A DNA stretch of 64,000 nt, from assembly GCA_040397215.1 (NCBI GenBank), contig JBBAWK010000002.1. One strand, written 5' to 3'. The notes beneath the pieces were generated by a model, which worked only from the letters and a program-made list of their open reading frames with translations, was not told the DNA's origin and did not search any database. The stretch comes from Candidatus Limnocylindrus sp. Its GTDB lineage: Bacteria > Chloroflexota > Limnocylindria > Limnocylindrales > Limnocylindraceae. Below, one piece after another: positions 58,018-64,000 of this stretch (positions are counted from its first letter, which is position 1; each line of letters begins with the position of its first letter). The position numbers and the translations under genes were made by a program.

Positions 58018-59447
58018 CCTGGCATGCGGTGATCGGCATTGAGGTGCACGTGCAGCTCCGCACGGTGACGAAGATGTTCTGCCCCTGCGCGATTCCGGCC
58101 GAGGGCGACCTGCCAAACAGCAAGACCTGCCCAACCTGTCTCGGGCTCCCTGGCGCACTTCCAGTGCCGAACCGGGCCGCGATCGAGAAGGTGCTTGCCG
58201 TTGGTGCCGCGATCGGTGCCGCCGCGCCGGCCACCACGATCTGGGATCGCAAGAACTACTTCTACCCAGATTTGCCGAAGGGGTATCAGATCAGTCAACT
58301 TGACTTCCCGCTCGCTGAGCATGGAACCATTGAGGTCACGACGAGCGCCGGAACGAGTCGCGTGCGCATTCGCCGCGCCCACCTGGAAGAGGATACGGCG
58401 CGCTTGCGTCACGAAAAGGGGGGTGACGGGAAGCGCTCCAGCCTCATCGACTACAACCGATCGGGTGTCGCGCTCCTTGAGATCGTGACCGAACCAGACA
58501 TTCGCGACGCGGAGACGGCCCGACGCTACGCCGAAGAGCTGCGCCTCCTGCTCCGCACGATCGGTGCCGCCGATGCGGAGATGGAGAACGGGCAGATGCG
58601 CGTCGAGGCGAACGTCTCGATCCGCCCAAGCGAAGATGCACCGTTTGGCACGCGCACCGAGGTGAAGAACATGAACTCTTTCCGGTCGGTGGAGAAGGCG
58701 ATCGCCTTTGAGATTGCGCGGCAGGCCAAAGTCCTTGAGTCGGGCGGAACGGTCACGCAAGAGACGCGCGGCTGGGATGAGTCGAGCGACAGCACCTACA
58801 CGATGCGCGCGAAAGAGAACTCGCACGACTATCGCTACTTCCCTGAGCCTGACCTGCCACCACTTTCGATCGAGCCAGCCTGGTTGGCTGGCATTGTTGC
58901 GAGCATCCCAGAGATCCCATCGGCGCGGCGAGCACGCTATGTGGAGCAGCTCGCGCTCTCCGAATATGACGCCGCCGTTCTTGTTGGGGAGCCACGTGCC
59001 GCTGCGCTCTTCGAGGCGTCACGCGCTGCGGACGCAACGATCGACGCGAAGACGCTCGCAAATTGGGTGACGGGCGAGTATCTCCGAGCAGCAAACGAGG
59101 GGGCTGCCGAACCAGATCCGGTCCAGTTCGCCGCGCTGATCGGGGCTGTTTCGCACAAGGAGATCAACGGCACCACAGGGAAGGAGCTCTTTGCCGAACT
59201 ACTCGGCGGCAGCTTCGATGTGCGCGCGGCGATCGCCGAGCGCGGCCTCGGGCAGATTAGCGACGACGGTGCATTGAAGAAGCTCGCAGCCGAGGTACTC
59301 GCCGCGAATCCGCAGGCGCTCGCCGACTGGAAGGCGGGGAAGCAGCAGGCGATCGGCTTCTTGGTTGGCCAGGCGATGAAGGCGAGCAAGGGGCGTGGGG
59401 ATGCAGCCCAACTTGGAGCTCTCTTCAAGGACCTGCTGGACGCCTAA
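58014..59447 (+). CDS. gatB: Asp/Glu-tRNA amidotransferase subunit B
   Basis: The N-terminus is WHAVIGIEVHVQL, and it has a GatB/YqeY C-terminal domain. Confidence 0.92.
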   Translation: MTWHAVIGIEVHVQLRTVTKMFCPCAIPAEGDLPNSKTCPTCLGLPGALPVPNRAAIEKVLAVGAAIGAAAPATTIWDRKNYFYPDLPKGYQISQLDFPLAEHGTIEVTTSAGTSRVRIRRAHLEEDTARLRHEKGGDGKRSSLIDYNRSGVALLEIVTEPDIRDAETARRYAEELRLLLRTIGAADAEMENGQMRVEANVSIRPSEDAPFGTRTEVKNMNSFRSVEKAIAFEIARQAKVLESGGTVTQETRGWDESSDSTYTMRAKENSHDYRYFPEPDLPPLSIEPAWLAGIVASIPEIPSARRARYVEQLALSEYDAAVLVGEPRAAALFEASRAADATIDAKTLANWVTGEYLRAANEGAAEPDPVQFAALIGAVSHKEINGTTGKELFAELLGGSFDVRAAIAERGLGQISDDGALKKLAAEVLAANPQALADWKAGKQQAIGFLVGQAMKASKGRGDAAQLGALFKDLLDA

Positions 59448-59720
59448 GTGCTCGACCTCGTTCGACTCTTCGTGGGCGGCATTGGTATCGCGGGGTTTTT
59501 CTATCTGGCACGTCGACTCCCACCTCTGCTCCGAGCGCGAACGGAGTGGGCGAACCGCGTCGGCGCAGCAACGCGCTATGAGGCGTGGCGCGGCACACCC
59601 GGGAGCGGCCCCGATCTTGCCGATCGTCTTGAGGGTGAACTCATCGTCAATCGCCTGCGCCGCCTGACGGGCGTTGGCATTGCTGCGGCCGCAGGAATCC
59701 TGCTCGCCCTGTTGACCTAG
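59448..59720 (+). CDS. hypothetical small membrane protein (90 aa, two predicted TM helices)
   Basis: The GTG start lies immediately after the gatB stop. It has hydrophobic N- and C-terminal segments. No family is recognised. Confidence 0.4.
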   Translation: MLDLVRLFVGGIGIAGFFYLARRLPPLLRARTEWANRVGAATRYEAWRGTPGSGPDLADRLEGELIVNRLRRLTGVGIAAAAGILLALLT

Positions 59721-60553
59721 TCTCCGTACGCTGCGTCAGGGAGCGGGAGGCTCCACGCGGTGGCGGCAGCCCCCGCCGCCTGTCCGGCGGCGACGGACTC
59801 ACCTAATGAGGCACCAGCCTGGTGCGCCAACAAGAACGCTGCGATAAAGGCATCCCCACACCCGATGGTGCTCCCCGCCACAGGGACTGCCACGGTGGGA
59901 TAGAACGTCTCGGTCTGTTTCTCACCGTCAACGACTAGGACCCCCTGCGCCCCAAGTGTCACGACGGCTACCTTCCGAGCATCGAGAACGAAGCGGCGCA
60001 CCTCTGCGAGTGACGCGTCCTCGCGTGCGCCGGGCCAGCCGATAAAGGCGAGATTAATGTGCACCAACGTCTCGCGGAAGCGCTCCGGCGTGTAATGGCG
60101 AAACCCAAGGAAATCGGCACTGACCATCACATGTTCAAGGTGCCCAGACGATGAGAGGCGTTCCAGCTCGTCAATGGCTCCTTCGACGAGGACGGTATGC
60201 CAATGGGTTGCAGTAGCAAGCGAGGCCAGCTCTTCTGTGGTGCAGTGCACCAACTCCCACACGCCCTCAATGTAGTTGTCCATCTGGGGTTGGCGGTCTG
60301 CTCCGATACGGATATCGATGGAGGAGCTCTCTCCAGGCGCGACGAGGGACGCAGGGAGATGCGGAATCTCATTGCGCTGAAGGAACTCCACGAACAGGTC
60401 CTGGTCGCTCGAGCCGATCCGCGTCTGGAGGAGGAACTCTTTGCCGGCAGCCGCCCAGTGGTACGCCATGTTCAACACTCCTCCACCTGGGAGGGTGCGG
60501 CCGCTCTCGAGATAGCGATCGCGACTCGCGGTGCCGAAGAGGATGCTTGTCAC
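59717..60553 (-). CDS. PfkB-family carbohydrate/nucleoside kinase
   Basis: It has an N-terminal GG motif (LPGGGVLNMA) and the C-terminal GCGDAF anion-hole motif of the ribokinase superfamily. Confidence 0.75.
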   Translation of the reverse strand: MTSILFGTASRDRYLESGRTLPGGGVLNMAYHWAAAGKEFLLQTRIGSSDQDLFVEFLQRNEIPHLPASLVAPGESSSIDIRIGADRQPQMDNYIEGVWELVHCTTEELASLATATHWHTVLVEGAIDELERLSSSGHLEHVMVSADFLGFRHYTPERFRETLVHINLAFIGWPGAREDASLAEVRRFVLDARKVAVVTLGAQGVLVVDGEKQTETFYPTVAVPVAGSTIGCGDAFIAAFLLAHQAGASLGESVAAGQAAGAAATAWSLPLPDAAYGD

Positions 60554-61296
60554 AGCCCCGCAAGCGGCGCGGATCGGTCGTCACCAGAGGCGAGGAACCG
60601 ATCTAGGCGCACCTCTACAACTTTGCTCGACTGCCAGAACGCCTCAATGGAGAGGTGGCCACATCCTTCGTCGTGATACCACTCGCGTCGCCCAGGGACT
60701 GAGCTGATCAGTGCCGGATCGTGCGCGGGCACGACCGCCGGGTTGAGTAGGTACCCAGGGGAGAGGGGATCACGGATCTGCAGCAGCCCGTCGCCGCGGA
60801 AGCCGCTGGCTCGCGGCGCGGTCACACGCTCACCGGTGCCAAAATCGAGAAGTTCTACGGTCTCATCTGGTGTTGCCGTAACCGTTGGCCAGGCGGGATT
60901 GTCAACAAGTTCGGCAATGACGCGCCGCACCGAAATGTCTTGGTAGTGGTTCATAGCGGTGTGCGGCTGCTCGTAATCGTTGTCGTAGACGTTGGTCGGA
61001 TTGTCGTCGTACACGTTGCCGCAAGCCTCTACCAAGAAGTTCACCAGATCAGGCCGGTCGTGCAGGTAGCGTCGATATGCCTCTTCGTACTCGAGGATGG
61101 CTACGGCTCGCGGCACGATCTCGCCTCGCACGAGGTGCGAGATCCGCCAGCCATCTGTGCCGAAGCGCTCGTTGAGGAGTGCGTTCCAACGAGCCTTCTC
61201 GGCGCCAGAGAATCCCGGTAGTCCGACGGGGATCCAGATTTGTGACATGCGCTTTGCGGTCTCTGCGGGTAGGAGCGCTACCCAATTGGTGGTCAT
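60550..61296 (-). CDS. hypothetical protein (248 aa), translationally coupled between a CoA-binding protein and a PfkB kinase
   Basis: It overlaps both neighbours by 4 nt. It has a conserved-looking HDEGCGH segment. No family is recognised. Confidence 0.5.
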   Translation of the reverse strand: MTTNWVALLPAETAKRMSQIWIPVGLPGFSGAEKARWNALLNERFGTDGWRISHLVRGEIVPRAVAILEYEEAYRRYLHDRPDLVNFLVEACGNVYDDNPTNVYDNDYEQPHTAMNHYQDISVRRVIAELVDNPAWPTVTATPDETVELLDFGTGERVTAPRASGFRGDGLLQIRDPLSPGYLLNPAVVPAHDPALISSVPGRREWYHDEGCGHLSIEAFWQSSKVVEVRLDRFLASGDDRSAPLAGL

Positions 61297-61823
61297 GCCG
61301 AGGCTCGGGTGTTTGGGCCAGAGATGCCGAGACGCGGCATCTCAATGGCGGGGCAACGGTCTTGTACGAACAGCATGGATGCCTCGTTGGCGATCTGCGC
61401 AGCGGCCGGGCTAATCACTCCAAGCTGAAGCCAGAGTCCACCTGCACCAATCGCGACGGCCTCGCGTGCAATCTCCTCGCACTCCTCGGAGCGCCGAAAG
61501 ACATCAACGAGATCGATCCGCTCGCCAACTGGGAGTGAGACGGCAGCGGCACTCAGCGTTGGGAAGCAGGGGAGGCCCGCCACCCCGTCGCGCAGCGCCT
61601 CTGGCATTGGGTTGATCGGGAGGATCTGCCAGCCAGCTGCGGCGAGTGTGCGCAGGACGCCGTGGGAGGGGCGGTCTGGGCGCGGGGAGGCGCCGACGAC
61701 CGCAATGGTGCGACTCTCCGTCAGCATGCGGCGCATGAGCGCGTCCACTGCGGCGGGATCTGGGGCGCCCCCTTCGGCGGCCTCAATGGCTGCCCGTAGT
61801 CGTGCGCGTTCCTGCTCATCCAT
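61293..61823 (-). CDS. CoA-binding domain protein (YccU-like)
   Basis: It has a Rossmann-like CoA-binding fold with IAVVGASPRPDRPSHGV...ILPINP. It is the first gene of a three-gene minus-strand operon. Confidence 0.7.
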   Translation of the reverse strand: MDEQERARLRAAIEAAEGGAPDPAAVDALMRRMLTESRTIAVVGASPRPDRPSHGVLRTLAAAGWQILPINPMPEALRDGVAGLPCFPTLSAAAVSLPVGERIDLVDVFRRSEECEEIAREAVAIGAGGLWLQLGVISPAAAQIANEASMLFVQDRCPAIEMPRLGISGPNTRASA

Positions 61824-61849
61824 AGAGGGATAGTACGCCGATCGCTAGA

Positions 61850-64000
61850 CTGCCCCACGTGAGCGCCAAGCCTGACTTTACGCACCTCCACGTCCACAGC
61901 GAGTTCAGCCTGCTCGACGGCATGAGCAATCTGGAGGCGCTGATGGAGGAGACGAAGCGCCTCGGGATGGACTCCATTGCCCTCACCGACCACGGGGCTC
62001 TCTATGGCGCGGTTCAGTTTGTGCAGGCGGCGAAGAGGCACGGGATCAAGCCGATCATCGGCGTCGAGACGTATGTCGCTCGCCGTGGCATGCGGGACAA
62101 AGAGGGGAAGGCTGACCAGCAGCCGTTTCACCTGATCGCCCTTGCGACGAGCGGAACCGGCTATCGCAATCTTTGCCGTGTGGTGACGGACGCGCATCTG
62201 GATGGGCTCTACTACAAGCCACGTACCGACCACGAGCATCTTGCTCGGCATGCAGAGGGCCTTGTCGGACTTTCTGGATGCCTGAATGGCGAGATTGCCC
62301 GAGCACTGGAGGTTGATGACTGGGAGCATGCGCGAGCCCTCGCCGGGAAGTACGGCGAAATCTTTGGGAAGGGGCGCTTCTTCCTCGAGGTGCAAGATCA
62401 CGGCCTCCCCGAGCAGCGTCGCCTGAACGAGCAACTCTTCCGCCTCGCCCCCGAAGTTGGCCTCCCGCTCGTGCTGACAAATGACCTGCACTACGTGCGC
62501 GCAGATCAGCGCGATGCACACGATGTGCTCCTCTGCATCGGTACGGCGAGCAACCTCGAGACACCGGGTCGCATGAAGTTTGGCTCTGGCGATTTCTACC
62601 TGAAGTCACCAGAGCAGATGGCGGCACTCTTCCCCGATCGCCCGGAACTGCTCAAGAACACACGTCTCATCGCTGAGATGGTGGACTTCAACCTCGAGCT
62701 CGGCACAACGCGCGTCCCGGACATTGAGGTGCCGGCAGGAGAGAACGTCGAGAGCTGGTTGACGAAAGAGGCCGAACGAGGGCTTGCGCGCCGGTTCGGC
62801 ACGCCAAGCGACGCGGCGCGCGCGCGCCTCGCCTACGAACTCGATGTGATCATCAAGATGGGTTATGCAGCCTACTTCCTTATCGTTGCGGACTTCGTGC
62901 GATTTGCGCGAGAGCAGGGGATCGCCACCACCTGCCGAGGCAGTGCCCCTGGGTCTATCGTGACCTATGCGCTTGGCATTACCCCCGTGGATCCGTTGCA
63001 CTATGAGCTGCCATTTGAGCGGTTCTTGAACCAAGACCGCGTCACCATGCCAGATATTGATATTGACTTTGAAGATGGTCGCCGTGACGAGGTGATCAGC
63101 TACGTCTCACAAAAGTATGGCGAAGACCGTGTCGCCCAGATCATCACCTTCGGCACGATGGCGGCGCGCGCCTCCATCCGCGACGTTGGGCGTGTGCTTG
63201 GCAAGAGCTACAGCGAAGTTGACCGCATTGCGAAGTCCGTGCCTGCGCAACTGAACATCAGCCTGGCCCAGGCAAGAAAGTCTCCAGAGTTTGCGGGGTA
63301 CGCCGATGGCACGGAGTACAGCCAACTTATCGGCCTTGCCGAACAGCTGGAAGGGGTTGTGCGAAACGCCTCAACCCACGCGGCCGGCGTGGTGATCAGT
63401 CGCGAGCCCCTGACCGAGATCATGGCCCTCCAGCGTGCGACGAACTCTGAGGGGGTCATGACGCAGATCGAGATGCACGGGGTGGAGGCGCTCGGCCTGT
63501 TGAAGTTTGACTTCCTCGGCCTGGCAAACCTCACGATCCTCCGAACGGCGGTGGATCGTATTCGAGAGACACGCGGCATTGAGATCGACCTCGACAAGAT
63601 TCCGCTGGACGACGCGAAGACGTTCGCCTTGCTCGCCTCAGGCGAGACGACCGGAATCTTCCAGCTTGAGTCGCCCGGCATGCGCCGCTATATCAAGGAG
63701 CTGCGACCAACGAGCGTCTATGACCTTGCCGCCATGGTCGCCCTCTATCGACCGGGTCCAATGGCGAACATCCCGACCTACATCCGTCGTAAGCACGGCC
63801 AGGAGGCGGTGACCTATCTGCACCCCCTCCTTGAGCCATTCCTCAAGCGAACGTACGGCGTCTTCGTGTACCAGGAGGACATCATGGCCGCGGCCTCTGC
63901 GCTCGGTGGATTCTCGGGCCCGAAGGCGGACACGCTGGGATACGCGGTGCGCAAGAAGAAAGAGGATGTCCTTGCGGGCTTGAAGCAAGAGTTCATCACG
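61850..64000 (+). CDS. dnaE: DNA polymerase III alpha subunit, N-terminal part (PHP and palm domains); the 3' end lies outside the window
   Basis: The PHP motif FTHLHVHSEFSLLDG is present, followed by the polymerase core (GIATTCRGSAPGSIVTYALGITPVDP, MPDIDIDF). The frame is open to the window end. It is missing from the ORF track because it has no stop in the window. Confidence 0.9.
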   Translation, partial: MPHVSAKPDFTHLHVHSEFSLLDGMSNLEALMEETKRLGMDSIALTDHGALYGAVQFVQAAKRHGIKPIIGVETYVARRGMRDKEGKADQQPFHLIALATSGTGYRNLCRVVTDAHLDGLYYKPRTDHEHLARHAEGLVGLSGCLNGEIARALEVDDWEHARALAGKYGEIFGKGRFFLEVQDHGLPEQRRLNEQLFRLAPEVGLPLVLTNDLHYVRADQRDAHDVLLCIGTASNLETPGRMKFGSGDFYLKSPEQMAALFPDRPELLKNTRLIAEMVDFNLELGTTRVPDIEVPAGENVESWLTKEAERGLARRFGTPSDAARARLAYELDVIIKMGYAAYFLIVADFVRFAREQGIATTCRGSAPGSIVTYALGITPVDPLHYELPFERFLNQDRVTMPDIDIDFEDGRRDEVISYVSQKYGEDRVAQIITFGTMAARASIRDVGRVLGKSYSEVDRIAKSVPAQLNISLAQARKSPEFAGYADGTEYSQLIGLAEQLEGVVRNASTHAAGVVISREPLTEIMALQRATNSEGVMTQIEMHGVEALGLLKFDFLGLANLTILRTAVDRIRETRGIEIDLDKIPLDDAKTFALLASGETTGIFQLESPGMRRYIKELRPTSVYDLAAMVALYRPGPMANIPTYIRRKHGQEAVTYLHPLLEPFLKRTYGVFVYQEDIMAAASALGGFSGPKADTLGYAVRKKKEDVLAGLKQEFIT

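Overview
This is a high-GC (about two-thirds G+C) bacterial chromosomal segment, densely packed with core housekeeping genes on both strands. I found no mobile elements, CRISPR arrays or rRNA. Starts were assigned from RBS position, translational coupling (ATGA/GTGA overlaps) and family-typical N-termini. Many long ORFs in the six-frame track are antisense or out-of-frame artefacts of the GC-rich sequence.

Gene order across the window:
- valS 3' end, an FmdB-type zinc ribbon gene and glyQS.
- A convergent FNR-like oxidoreductase.
- The dnaG-rpoD operon; the sigma factor carries a long Lys/Ala/Pro-repeat N-terminal tail.
- tRNA-Asn, then a small unknown gene and an orphan ParB-family CTPase.
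- A propionate/TCA block: split methylmalonyl-CoA mutase catalytic subunit + epimerase, sucDC, sdhCDAB.
- An RNase HI fused to an MBL-fold hydrolase, immediately followed by an unannotated RNase P RNA (rnpB).
- A complete dcw cluster, mraZ through ftsZ, then yggS-yggT. It has a recognisable MraZ operator but lacks murE and murC.
- tRNA-Val, nucleoside hydrolase, aconitase, a NUDIX hydrolase and an orphan ABC substrate-binding protein.
- A two-gene (Nit + NadE) NAD synthetase, rsmI, ssb, metG-tatD.
- groESL with a CIRCE operator and a strong terminator.
- pcrA/uvrD-ligA, then gatC-gatA-aminotransferase-gatB.
- A compact three-gene operon of unknown role (CoA-binding protein, unknown protein, PfkB kinase), divergent from the start of dnaE.

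No single large novel system is evident. The most unusual items are the sigma-factor tail, the RNase H-MBL fusion beside rnpB, the orphan ParB-CTPase locus at tRNA-Asn and the CoA-binding/unknown/PfkB operon.
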